DNA of 63,959 nt, the filler included, from Craspedostauros australis (lineage: Eukaryota): assembly GCA_030167865.1 (NCBI GenBank). It is 8 parts of 8 records of this genome, joined end to end, with 100 filler letters (N's around TTAATTAATTAA, not from the genome) between each part and the next. Parts side by side here need not be neighbours in the genome. Positions count along the whole stretch, not along the records: positions 37,980 to 49,421 come from JALAGF010000036.1; positions 49,522 to 50,914 come from JALAGF010000042.1; positions 51,015 to 55,895 come from JALAGF010000043.1; positions 55,996 to 58,363 come from JALAGF010000044.1; positions 58,464 to 62,658 come from JALAGF010000045.1; 3 more parts are not named here. One strand, 5' to 3'. Below the pieces are notes generated by a model. The model ran no database searches. It was given only the letters and a program-made list of their open reading frames with translations, and had not been told where the DNA came from. Each line of letters starts with the position of its first letter. Within the stretch, counting starts at the first letter, position 1. Shown here piece by piece: positions 47,273 to 60,490 of this stretch. The position numbers were made by a program, and so were the translations under genes.

Positions 47273-49521
47273 TTACTTTGCCCACGTCTCGCAGAATGAT
47301 ATGCGGAAAAAGCTTGCTGTAGATGCGTGGGTGCCGATGCTGGCGCTGATGTCGACGTTGATGCGTGAGGCTTCTCCTGCTTCCCCGTCAAGCCTCCTGT
47401 GCGATAGATGATCGGCGGAAGAGATTCGGGTTTGGCTCTTGATGGTTGCCGCGTGGATAGTCGTGTGGCAGAAGGAGAATACTGTTGCTTTCACTGGGAA
47501 CGATCGCTTTCCGCGAGGGGAATTTACGTGCTGATGTTGTGTCACCTGCGATCTGGCTACGATTGTGTGCTTCTTCCGGTGAAGATGAGTGGGCGTGTGT
47601 TGATGTTTGTTGGTGTTTGCTTATGCCAGCGTGGATGTGTGTGTTGGGTTTCCAGCGTGGGTGGTCTGGGTGTGCACTTGTCGCCGTCTTCCCTGGTTGA
47701 CGAGAGTTGATTTCTGCTTTCGGAATTTTGTGGCGAAATCGGATGGCAAAAGCGCCAGCGAAAGGTTTAGACGACGAATGGGGACGAACCCCGTGAAAAC
47801 TCTTGAGTGCCGTTTTTGCCCACGTAACGACACGAAGACAAAATGGAACAGGCACAAACAGGCCAACTGGCGCGCAGTACAGTTGCATACGGGCACCTTC
47901 CGTATTTGTTGGTACCAATGGCTCATATTCCTCTGAAGCACTTTGGGCAGTGCCGCACATGCGATTGAAGTGCTATGTGTGTGCGACCGACACATGCGTG
48001 CAGTTTGTCACGGTTTGGAACCTGCCGTACCATGACCACACACCCTCGCGCACAAACTCGCGCACACCAGCGCAAACTAATTTACAGAGCAAACAAGGCC
48101 ACAATTGAAGAGGCGTCAACAGGCGCGTGTAGTCAAATCGCTTGTTGGCGCAAGAGTGCTTCAACAAGGGATGCAATGAATGGTGATGCCGCTAAAGCCG
48201 AGGCTTGTGTAGGTCCTATACTGCGACTCCACACTTACTCCATTACTGGTGAAAGGACACACGGATACTCGAGAGTGAACTACTCTACTCTATCCTATCG
48301 GAGTAATACATGTATGGTCCAAGTACCATAACTCGCACACACTCCACGCTTGCGCTACGATTGGTTCGCTTACATTCAGTCTGTATCCGTATGTATTAGG
48401 ATGGTGCTCCCTTGCGTGGCATGCTTCCGATGAATTGTTGGCCACAGATCAGCTGCTCCTTCTGGTGTGATCGAAGCCCGGATGAGCGATAGCCTTGTTT
48501 GTGGTACGAGTGGGAAGTTCCCTGCTCTGCCATACATTTATCTGTGTGGCGGTCTTGTCTTTGAATGCAGCTGTATCAGCACATCAGTTGCACTGTGAGC
48601 ATGCGCTGATGAACAGAGAGCGCACGAGCTTGTGAAACTCCGTCGATTACGTCAGGTTCCATCGCGCAGAATGAAGCGGCAATTGAGGGCTTGTGTTGGT
48701 GTCGTTGCGGTGTTTGCCTCCATCGCGTCGCGTCAAGCATCACAAATTGAGCAGGTGGTGCTGGCCATGGTGGCGATGCTGGTGCTCTTGCCACCTTCCG
48801 GATGGTGATTGATTGGCTATTTTGCACACCCCGCCTTGGTTCGAGACAAGCTCCCAAGAACAACAGAACGCGACCAGCATCTTTCGGGGGGCGCAAAGGT
48901 GACTCACGCAACAATGGACAGAAAGCAAAGTTCGACGCGCCAGAGATTCACAAACGACAAAGCAATCCTCTCGTTTTTATGGCGTCGGATACAAGGGAGG
49001 CTATTGCCTCAAACAAACGGACCCCAAAAATTGGCGATTATTGGCGATTATTGGCTACAGTTGGCTACAGATTTTGGATCAGTTTTTCCCAAACTCCGCC
49101 TTCGTTTTATAGACACTCAATCCAACATCTCTTCACATCTACGTAAACTTAAGAGCCAGGGCTATCCAGGCAAGTGTTAACATTATAATGTTGTTACTAC
49201 CATCTCATCGATCTTTTTGTGTTTGTTGACCCCCTTGGTGTGGTTTTGCCTTCGGACGAAGGACGGACCGGGTTTTCATTGGCTACATTTGGCTACAAGT
49301 AGGATTCTACAGGGGTCTGGTAGGATCTGGCCTCTTGTTTCGAGAAATTCGACCCTCCATCTTTGAAGTCTCCGCGCTGAGCATTCTTTGGCTCAATCTG
49401 TACAATAGATATCATTTCAGANNNNNNNNNNNNNNNNNNNNNNNNNNNNNNNNNNNNNNNNNNNNTTAATTAATTAANNNNNNNNNNNNNNNNNNNNNNN
49501 NNNNNNNNNNNNNNNNNNNNN

Positions 49522-50914
49522 GCCAGACAGGACCGCCATGCGGAAACCATGGCTGTGGAGCTGCGCTTGCTCCGGTCATTGAAGAGCTTCCCCAAGCGAT
49601 GGTACGCGTTCCACATCATGAGATGCATGATGAAGATCAAGTCTTTCCTGAAGAAGAACACTAACGAGGAGATCCTCTCAAGACCACTCATGACGAACCC
49701 AAAGAAGCTCTTCGCCATGAAGGTTGGCGCCGACTTCGCCATTTGCACAAAGTCGACCGGCAACATGCTCATGGTGATCCTCAACCTCGGCAAGATGTTG
49801 TCCACCACCATCAAGTACGGCATCTGCAAGGAATCAGCCAGCGCCTTCGTCACCTACGGCCTCGTCATTTGCAACATGGGAGACCAAGCTACAGCAGAAC
49901 GCTGCACAGAGATCTCGCATGCAATCCTCGATTTGGTTGACGGGAAAACGATCCAAGGCAACGTCCGATTTTTGACATCCTGGTACATCATCCCCTTCAG
50001 CCGTCCTTTCCCAGATGTCCTGCGGCAGTTCAGGAGAGGCTATCTGGATTCTCTGGAAGTCGGGGAGTTCGACATCGGCGTCATGTGTTATCAAGGCGCC
50101 ATCTGCATGGGATTGTACTACGGAATGGAGCTGGGACCGCTGCTCAAGGCGGCTGATGCAGCCCTTGACCAATTTGCAGCATACAACATCACGGCCTTCA
50201 GCGGCATCGCTGTGCACCTTCGGGGCATATTTGCGAACTTCATGGAAGAAGAACCGATCAACTGGCCTGAGCTGGAAGAACTATCCAAGCGCGATGTCCT
50301 GACGGAGACTCAGAATCAATCTGACCTCATCTCGGATTCGATGCTCTTCTACACGCGAGCCTTGCTGACCTTGTTCCATCGGCAGTACGAAATGGCGGAA
50401 CGACTGATCCGCAACTTCGTCCTCCTCAACATTGGCGAGATGTCATGCATGGTCATCATCGCCGAGTGCTACGTAGCAGGACTGATTTCCGCTGCGAGGT
50501 TCCGAGAGACAGGAAAACGCAGCTATCTCACGGCCCTGCCCAAGCTGACCAAGAAGCTGAGAGACACCGCCAAGGCCAGAGGCAAATACTGGGTGCACCA
50601 AGTGCTCCTGCTCGAAGCAGAAGAGCTCGCGATCACCCTCAAGAACAAGCAGAGCCCCAGGATCCAGCATGCCTACAACCTTGCGATCATCGCAGCAACG
50701 AAGGCTGGTTGCATTCACGACGTTGCCCTCGCCAACGAGCTGGCTGGAGAACACTTCGTCGAGCACGGCTCCAAGGAGATGGTTGGTGACTACTTCGTTC
50801 ACGCCGTGGACTACTACAAGGCGTGGGGCGGCAAGAGCAAGGTCAACGACATCAAGAAGCGGCGCAAGCAGTACTTGAAGACCCTCAACGATCCCGATCG
50901 CCAGCGTCCGGAGG
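49522..50914 (+). CDS. TPR-like helical C-terminal region of a STAND/AAA-ATPase protein (Chk1/group-X hybrid-kinase-related); fragment bounded by gaps
   Basis: Open frame across the whole contig. Motifs TIKYGICKESASAFVTYG, LLLEAE, YNLAI..A...G..HDVALANELAG and AVDYYKAWGGKSKV. Confidence 0.75.
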
Positions 50915-51786
50915 NNNNNNNNNNNNNNNNNNNNNNNNNNNNNNNNNNNNNNNNNNNNTTAATTAATTAANNNNNNNNNNNNNNNNNNNNNNNNNNNNNN
51001 NNNNNNNNNNNNNNCTCCAGATGTCACGTTCCATTGGTGATGCAGTAGTCTGTCAGATGATATCGTCATCTGAGGTTTAGTTGGGAAGTACCTCGAGACT
51101 CTCTTGGTACCATTGATGCATGGACGGACGATCTTCTGATTCTTCCAGAAATCGTTATTTGCAAATTTCCTCCAGAAATCTTGCNNNNNNNNNNNNNNNN
51201 NNNNNNNNNNNNNNNNNNNNNNNNNNNNNNNNNNNNNNNNNNNNNNNNNNNNNNNTACCGTCCAAGTGCGTATGAGAGAATAACGGGTGAACGATGCACA
51301 TATACACGTACATCTTGACATATACTCACATGTACATCTCGACATGCGGCGTTGTTCTTCTCAACGTCATGGCTGCGCTGCTTCCCCACAACAGAATAAT
51401 CGCATGCGCTATGCGGAGAAAAAGAAGTGGTGCGACATCTGACGTTCGTGTTCGTTTCGGAAGAGCATGACAGATCTGCATCGTGGCATACCAAGGATTC
51501 TCGCAGGGAAGCATGCATTTGTTCCGACCACAAGCATAAATATGTTTTGCAAACTGATTGGTCATGATGCAGCAACAAAACGATTGTTGATGTGCTTCAA
51601 AAGTGCGCGACGGACCTGCGTTGGTGCCCAAGTTGCTGCCCGCACGTCTCTTTGTGCACCTGATTGCTTGCGTCATTGCGCATGCGCAGTAAATGCACCA
51701 CATGTACATGTGCATGTGCAGGGCAAGCACATGCGCACGGAAAGCACATGTGCAGTGCATGCGCAGAAATCACGTCTCCTGATGTG

Positions 51787-51880
51787 TGCATCTGCGGTGT
51801 GTTTCCCCAACTCCATGCATCTGCGGTGTGTTTCCCCAACTCCATGCATCTGCGGTGTGTTTCCCCAACTCCATGCATCT
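51787..51880. repeat. 29-bp perfect tandem repeat x3.2
   Basis: tgcatctgcggtgtgtttccccaactcca at 51787, 51816 and 51845. Confidence 0.95.
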
Positions 51881-52264
51881 TCGCTTCATCCGCACAATTC
51901 CCAACGATGGCCATTCATCGGTGCATCCGCACAATTCCCACGACATCACTGCGACACTGTTCGGTCATGACTGTGACATAAATAATGTTCTAGATCTAGA
52001 CAAGACTGTATAGACTAACATCATTGATCACTGAAAAGAATCATAAAACGAAGAAAAAGATGATTCTATTCAATTTCATCGCTATCTAATGGCCAAAAAC
52101 ACTAGTAACTTATTTGATCCTCTGTTGTTTATTGCTTTTGAGCACTAAAAGTTAAAGTGGAAGTAACATCGTGATGTCAAGAGGTAGGATCGGATTCATG
52201 TCGTATCAGACTTACATAAGACATGAAAAAGACATATTTTTGCATCAATACGCGAGACGACCCG

Positions 52265-52650
52265 GATGTGCAGAGAATGTGCAGATCGCAGGGAAGATGT
52301 CAACAAATGTGCGGATGCGGGGAAAATGTGCAGAGAATGTGCAGATCGCAGGGAAGATGTCGACAAATGTGCGGATGCGGGGAAAATGTGCAGATCATTG
52401 GGAAGATGCTGACAGATGTCCGGATGCGCAGTACGAATGTTGACGAATGCGACGTTGTGCACGAAATGTGCAGATCGCAGGGAAGATGTCGACAAATGTG
52501 CGGATGCGGGGAAAATGTGCAGATCGTTGGGAAGATGCTGACAGATGTCCGGATGAGCAGTACGAATGTTGACGAATGCGACGTTGTGCACGAAATGTGC
52601 AGATCGCAGGGAAGAAGTCGACACATGCGCGGATGCGCGGAAAATGTGCA
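52265..52650. repeat. Composite minisatellite (60-bp and 129-bp periods) built from aatgtgcag/gggaagatg modules
   Basis: Sequence at 52261 and 52321 is almost identical. The block starting at 52391 recurs at 52520, and gtacgaatgt occurs at 52431 and 52560. Confidence 0.92.
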
Positions 52651-55600
52651 TGATGTGCAGTGCATGCGCGAGGAATGATGTGTGGAGGATGTTGTTGTAA
52701 CGAACATGCACTGGCACCATCCGCATGCAAATAGCCTGCACTGCGCAGCGCGTTGGATGACAACCACACATGCGGAGAGGCGCATGACGTCGAACACGTG
52801 CATGCGAATGCGTGAAGTGTTGCTGACAACTGAGTTGTGCAGAGCAAGAGCCGATTCACGACGCGCAGAGACGCACCACTCTTTTCGCAGGACGCATTGA
52901 CACCTTCGTCGAATGTGCACATCCTTCGCCTGTTCTGCAAAAAGGTCATGAAGTGCCGGTTCGCATCTCTTCTTGCTCCCCCATGACACAATCACTGATT
53001 GGTAATTGTGCCACGGCGTTCCGACGGAAATTCTTTTCCCCACCAAAAAAAAATACGATCAACTCAATCGCGCACCATCGACACATCCACGCCTTGACGA
53101 AGGAGGATCCGCCTCCGGCGCACATGCCCGCGCTCCCCGTGCAGTCATCGCAGACACAGTTGCAACAATACAGAAGTGCAACACCCTCTTGTGCTGTGGT
53201 GACGTGTTGATGGCGACTTGACTTCCGACAATGCTGCATGTAGTGGCTCCTCATTGTTCTCCCTTACGTTGCTGTGTTGCTCGCGAAAAGAGGGAGAATT
53301 GTTCAGGTTTCTGCAGTGTGCATGGAGATCGCGACATCATTGTGAGATTATTGGATGGATGCCTTGTTCTTCCCCAACTCTTCGTGTGTGAGCGTCAACT
53401 CCAATCCAGCCGTTGCCACCACCCACGGCATACCATCCGAATGCATTGAAGTACGACTAACGCAGAACCTCCTTGTGTCTGGCCATCGGCATTGTCATCA
53501 CTGATCGCAGGTATCGCACGTGTATGAGTATCGCAGCAGCACACACTGTCACACGGGGCAAACCAGAGGAGAGCCAACGCCCGCGGTGACACCAGCCAGT
53601 TGCGTGCGGGCTTGCGCACAAGTTGCGTCATCACGTTGTGTACTGTAGTGATACGTGAACAATCATGTCATCGCAACCATGCCAGTACAATACAAGCCAA
53701 GATGAGCAGTACTATTCAAATGACAATCATCTTGCTATTGTAACACACAAGTGCAGAAGTGTCTGTACAATACACCACATCAATGGCAACTGGTTTGTGA
53801 CCTGAATAGAGTGCGAGCAGAGCAGGGTGGAGTAGAGTATTGGAAGAGGAGAGGAGTAGCTATCAGTGCAACAATGCACGAATGTGCCAACAACAACGGT
53901 TCACTTCCATTTTGTGACGACAGCGGCAGCATGTTTGTGTGGTTCTGCTCTCGGGGCACATTGTGTGTTGTGTTCTTTGGCGCACACTGAGATGGACAAA
54001 CTTTCACCGCGGAGAACACATGCTTTGTCGCCTCTCCGAAATCGAAGAACACTGCCCGCGACCAATGAGCTTGTGTTCGAGAAGGCACAGTTGAAGTTCG
54101 CCAAACACTGTCGCTGCGAAATGTACCGCAACCGGACGCGGTGAATGACACAGAAACGAGACTACGGGCGCGTGTTTTTGGGTCCGCGCCAGAATGTTGC
54201 GCGAGACCAGTGCACAACAGGAACGGCCCGAAACCAGCACCAAACCATACACGACGCAAGCCATGGCAACGCAGCGGGGTCGGCATCAGTGGTGTGTTGC
54301 TTCAAAACATGCATCACAATGCATTCGTTGACAGGACGATGATCAGCAACCCCGAGCAGTTGATTCCTCTATTTGTGTTGGCGATTTGCGTGGATGGAAC
54401 AGAGACACCGGATGCATGAGGGTGGGCGTCGTGCCCGTCGGATGGCAACGCAAGCGAGTCCAACGCCGAGAAACACTCGGCGCTGTGTGAAGGGCGTGAA
54501 CGACGCAGAAACGAACGCAGAGCCAAACCACCACACCAGTCGCCACCAAAACCAAGGAGCACAAACGCCAACAACAACTCCCATTGGAGTACTATCGATA
54601 CCACTTGCGTTGTTTTGCATTGTCCTGACAGCATTGGTCGTATCAGTCTGATGCGGGGAAATGCTCGTGAACAAGTGCATAAAAACAGCCTTTTTTTTTG
54701 AGCGACGACTATTTCCCCTGCTCCCTGGCAATATGCGACTTAACAGATATTAGCCGCCAGTAAACCAGATGACAACAGCAAGCACAATGTCCGTGCAAGT
54801 TACAACACACGTGAAACTGATTTAGAGTGAAAAAGAGTAAAGATGCAGATTATGAGTCTTACCGATGTCGTATACGTCAGTGCAGTTGTCTCATTGCTGT
54901 GTTGTCCATGATTGGTAGTGGCGGCTATCGTGTAACGCCGTTTCAACGGTTTCATGCGTATCCCGGTTTGCGTGTAGAGACAACAAATAAGAATGGCAGT
55001 GGGAACCGCGCACCACACGCACACCCACACCCACACACGCACACACATCTGTGTCGTCTCCCAATCATCGCGCTCTTTCGTACCGTTTCGTACGCATTGA
55101 TGCTGTATCATCCTCCATCGCAGGCGCTGTACTCGGAGAAATCAAAACCTCCGAATGTTTGTACTTGTACCACACACTCTGACACTCATCCTTCTATTTT
55201 CGCAGATGTTCTTTATCATGGGACACGGACCGAATAGCCAAAGCGGCAATCCCCGCCCGCTTCTTTGTTCGCATGCGAGGCCGCACCCTTGGAAGGCGAT
55301 GGGTGGGGTGCGGACTACCAACAATACATCGAGGCATGAGTCGTCAATGCAAACAGAGAAACAGAAGGCAAGACAGACACATCCCCTCCTATGATCGCAT
55401 GCTAGGTCGCACCCTCAGAAGGCGATGAGTCCAGTACGGGTAATGGAAGAGGGAGGTCGGAGGGCAATGCCATGCGAGTATACACCTCTCTACTGTACAC
55501 TCTAATCGTGTCCACCAGCGATCCCCAAAGTCTCCTTTTCAGCGTTGCGTCGATGATCCTCCCAACATGTGCTCTGCGACGATGTCGGTGACGAAGAGAA

Positions 55601-55995
55601 CGATTTCCGAAGAAAGTGGTATGATGTATTCCTCCGTTCCGAAATGATTGCAACTTATCTTTTTTGCGACATGTGTTGAGACACTAACGACGTCATCAAA
55701 AGTGGGGGGAGCGGTAACCAAATTGCCTGTTTTTAGTGACTCTTCCTTCCTTCAAAACTCGTGTGGTCGTCTCTCGTCTCTGTCAGTGCCAAGTACCACG
55801 ACAGAAGAATGCGATACCATCCTGTGTGTCCCTACGACAGGTTTTTATCATCAATGCGTTCCGTCCCTCCCTTCTGTTCGTGGATGTCTTCCCGCNNNNN
55901 NNNNNNNNNNNNNNNNNNNNNNNNNNNNNNNNNNNNNNNTTAATTAATTAANNNNNNNNNNNNNNNNNNNNNNNNNNNNNNNNNNNNNNNNNNNN

Positions 55996-58363
55996 GGTCA
56001 GGGCTTCGTCTGGTTGATGATCCATCCCATTGGGACAGTTCATGTAGATCTCCTCGTCGAGGTCTCCGTGTAGGAATGCTGTTACGACATCGACGAGTGT
56101 GCAGTCCATCTTCTTGATCAGCATGATCACCATCATGACCCGATAGGTCACGTCATGGATGACGGGTGAGTAGTGCTCTTGGAAGTTCACTCCTGCGACT
56201 TGTGAATAGCCACATGCAACGAGTCACGCTCGATGTGTGCTGTCGCGTTTCAGCTTGAAGACCCATTTGCATTTGCAGCATCTGCGGCCGCGTGGAATGG
56301 CGTCTCGTTTGATCTTGCTGTACACCTTGCGTGTATCCATGGAGTCGAACTCCTTTTTGATGGCTGCTCGATATCCCTTTTGATGGATGGGATCTGGATG
56401 ATTGAAGGCTCCATCGAATGTCGTTGGTTCGATGTGCTTCTCTGGTTCCTTGTTCTCGTCCTGCATCGACAGTCCGATGTCGATTGCTGGTGCGTTGGTG
56501 ATGATTGCGTTCATCTCGTATAGTCCTGTTGTGCCATGATGGATGATCTCAATCTCTTCTTCTTCGTCTACGATTTCTTCGTCATCTGTAGTTTCGTTGT
56601 TGGAGTCGTCAATCTCCTCATCGGATGGTGACTTGCTCTCGTAGCCTTCCTCCTTTCGACCTCATTCGTTGAAGTCTGCAAGCTCACGCAGAGCTCTTGG
56701 AATGCTCTTCCCTGTATTTGACTTGGGATTAGTTTCTCCCTTCCTGCCTCGTGATTCGTGACGTCGGATTCTCTCCTTTCTAGCCACGTCACGCTTGCTT
56801 GGTTTGCTTGGTGGAGGTCTGGATGGTGTGTCATGTGTATACCTTGCTGGTGTGTTCGGAGGAGTGACGCCTGTGTCATCGTCGGCTTCGTCGCCGGATG
56901 GTAGGATCTCGTCATCCTCATGATTGGATTCGCTTCGATCTTCCTCGTCGTTGGAATTAGTTGAGTCACTACTCCATTGTCCTCACCATCGCTATCTGAT
57001 AGGATGTGATATCTATTGGTATCAGCGAAAGACACTCTCTTCGCTTCTGATGTTTGACGCGTTGCCGTCCTTGGCGTTGCTCCCTTCCGTCCGATGGTTG
57101 TGAAGCCGTCTGCGTCCGTTGTTCCTACTTCGCTGGATATGTTCGGTGCTGGTGCCCAGCCACGGAACTGTCCGTATGATTGATTGAGCCACTTGATGTC
57201 GCGAGAACAGACCAGTGACTTGGTGGATGGTCTGTACATGTTGTAGACCCCTGATGCATGTTGGTGTGCATATCTGATGAACACCATCTCTTCTCCTCTA
57301 TTCTTGAGTTTGGCGGTAATCCCGCCGTAGGTAGTCTTCACAACACCCACCTCTCCGAAAGTGCAGAGTGCATCCGCATATGGTGGATCGCTGCAAAAGA
57401 ATTGGCGATATGGTGACTCTTTCTGATTCTTCGCTACAATGATGTTGGCGATGGCGGTGGCAGTGCTAGCAGCTGCTGCCCATAGGCCATGCCTATACTC
57501 TTCGTCGAGCTGTGCTCCGTTGAGCATGGAACGGATCTTGGTGTAGAGGTACGCGAACTTGCGTTCCACTCTGCCGTTCTGTTGTGGAGTATTCGATGCC
57601 GTGAATTCGAATTTCATGTTCAGTCCTGCATCGATGAGAATATCCTGTGTAGATTTGTTCTCTCCGCTGTTGTCACCTTGGAAGATGATCTGTTGGTCAC
57701 CAGTCTGTGACTTGATTGTTTGGATGAATCGTTTGATGTACCCTGGTTGATCACTTTTGTTCTTGAGAAAGAAACTCCAGCAGTGATCCGTGCAGTCGTC
57801 CACGATCAGGGTCCAGTAGCGTTTATCTCCAAAGCTTATGTGTTTAGTGTAACTAATGTCAATGAAGAGACGTTCGCCGCGGCGAGTGGCTCTTGGAATT
57901 GTCGCTTTCGAGATGTTCTTCACTCTTGCGTTCGCGACCGCGCAGTCGCGACACACCGGCATCTCGCCGACGATTTTCCATCCGTATTGGGCGGCTGTCC
58001 GCTTCATGGTTTCGAGTGGCGCGTGGCCGAGCATTCGATGCAAGTTCACTGCGCTGATCTTCTTGGATGGATTCTTGATGATGGCTGTGCAAGCCTTGTC
58101 GTCGTTCGTTGGCATGATGGGATGCATCTGCACTCCCGTGATGAATCCATTGGATGTGGGGAAGACTCGGTCGAATATGATCTTCGTTCCGGATCCGTTG
58201 ATGATGTCCATCAGAATGCCGTTGTTACCAAGCTGGTAACCGTTGTACAGAGGCTTGTTCGTGGAGAAAAGGTTCACCACCATTTTCGGTGTGTACTTCA
58301 CGTCATCGAGCCGGATGATGTGGCCAGTGTTGTTTCGTTGCTTGACCTTCAAGCGAATGGATC
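55996..58363 (-). mobile_element. Ty1/copia LTR retrotransposon pol fragment (protease end, GAG-pre-integrase, integrase, RT N-half), disabled
   Basis: HRMLGH...CRDC zinc finger, RLFIDIS, VDDCTD, DNSGEN, TPQQNGRVER, then EPTTF, KWVFKLK, LVACGYSQ and DVVTAFLHGDLDEEIYM. INT-before-RT order is copia. Frameshift near 56975; in-frame TGA at 56664-56662 and 56226-56224. LTRs are not visible because of the gaps. Confidence 0.95.
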
Positions 58364-60490
58364 NNNNNNNNNNNNNNNNNNNNNNNNNNNNNNNNNNNNN
58401 NNNNNNNTTAATTAATTAANNNNNNNNNNNNNNNNNNNNNNNNNNNNNNNNNNNNNNNNNNNNCAGTTGATGCTTCTCACTTGCCTCTTTGCCATGTGTT
58501 CCAAGATTACATATGTATGAAACTGACATCTTCCATGCAGGATGTGCTGGTCTTGGATCAAAAGCAAGACTATCCTGCAAAATTGGAACAAGACTAAGAC
58601 ATGGAACACTCGCACCTTCACTCCAACAATTGGAGAATCAGCTCNNNNNNNNNNNNNNNNNNNNNNNNNNNNNNNNNNNNNNNNNNNNNNNNNNNNNNNN
58701 NNATTTTTCAAATGTACAAGACCATGAACAGCGACAACCAACAGCAGAGCAGTGTGATGACCAGCCCATCTCGTTTTCCTCTCCAACCTTCAACCAAAAC
58801 AATCTCAGAAAAACAACAATCTTGCAAAACTCAAGCTTTACAACCACCAAATCAACTCAAAACACATTCTCAATCGTCTCATCTACGTTCGTGGTCACAC
58901 TACGTTTAACCACGCTGACGTTGGCAGTTTTACTTCCCCTTTTGACCTGCCAAAGTCCGACACTGGAAGGCAAAGCCGGACACAACCGGACTTCTTTTGC
59001 CCTCTATTTTCGCTGTCCAGTAGCTTTCAGACACGCTATTTTGGCACTGCATGTGGCTTCGTCGCAGCGCAGAACAATTCTGGTTTTCGTCATCCTTGCA
59101 TCGTGACGCAAAACCGCACTCTTTTTGCAGTTGTCGGATGGCAACTGCAAAGAAAGCCAAGAACTGTGCAACGTGGACAATAACAGTTCTGTCTTTGGCC
59201 GCCACTTGTCGGCAGCCCGGCCAACTCAACCAACTCCCGCACGCCCTCATTTCGTGCATTGGTTGGCACCACGTGCTCTGTGGGTGGGACAGTGGTCGGG
59301 ATCTAGCGAAGGCCAACAGTGAGAAGCGAGATGCCTCGGCGTTGACGATGATACGAGAAGACGAAGAAGATGGTAGAACGGGGGATGCAACAGATCGCCG
59401 CAGAATGACATCCGTTCCAATCGAAGATCCCATCCAGCACTAACTCGAAAGGCAATACGAGTACAGTCGTACTGTGCACATGTGCAGCGTGCAGTAGGAG
59501 ATATGGATACTAGGATACGAGCAGCTCGGATTATATAACTACTGAAGATCAGCCCGCTTGTGATCTTGTACCGGACGATCAGCAAAGTCGATTCATCCGA
59601 GATGAGCTTCCCGGAACTCACGTTCCCATCTGTGCGAGGTGCTCGTACGTGCAAGCAGAATCGACGAAAAGGCCATCCGTCACTCCAGATTGTGGGAACA
59701 TGCAGATGGACAATGTGCGATGGACGATGGACGATGGACGATGGATGAGCATCGATCTCGATTGGACGTGCCAGGACGAGTGCAACCGTTGAAGGCAATG
59801 AAATCAGCATCCATCCTGCTGCAGACATGATACCAGACACGGGCAGGGGAGACTGTATCTCATCCCAATGAGATCCAGTAAGAGCAGAAGATAGGGAAGT
59901 ACTGGAGGGACGAAATGAACGAGGAGATGTAGGCAAGCCAAACGGGGAGGCAGAAACTGCCTTCCGACAATTAAGTCTCATCCAACGACAAACAATTAGC
60001 CATCAACCACACAGGCACGATCGTGTAGAGTGCTGGTACTTTGTACGTCAAGTCCTCTACTCTACTGTTGTACATGTAGGTAGTCCCTTCTCATATCACT
60101 GCGGGAGCTCTCCTTTGGGAGGAGCCTTTGACACTGAAGTCGTATGGAGTTGGGCCGTACACAATAGGATACGAGTATAGCATTATGTTAAGCTCATCCA
60201 TGTGAAGTGCTACTTGAATACAATCGGCAGTTGTGCAGGCTCTCAAAACCGTGCATGGACTGCCTCCTTCTTGAACTTGTGCCTGCGCACCTGTTGCCGC
60301 GATGCCGTAATCTTCGTCGGTACGAAGTATCGAACCCTGTGCTTCCGTTCGCACTCGCAGCATCACTTTGGCCACCTCGATTTGGACCTCCGTGACCTGA
60401 TCTTCAGCGGCCTTCTCCCGGTCCGCGTCTTTTACTTGGTTCGCGAGTTGGACCTCTTCCCCTCTTTGCACCCGATCCACCCTTTTCCTT

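Noticed and set aside
51787..51880. 29-bp repeats as a CRISPR array
   Set aside because: Head-to-tail with no spacers, no cas genes, eukaryotic context.
54290..54420. FVLAICVDGT as a transposase catalytic-Asp strand
   Set aside because: Too short and degenerate to assign a family by eye.
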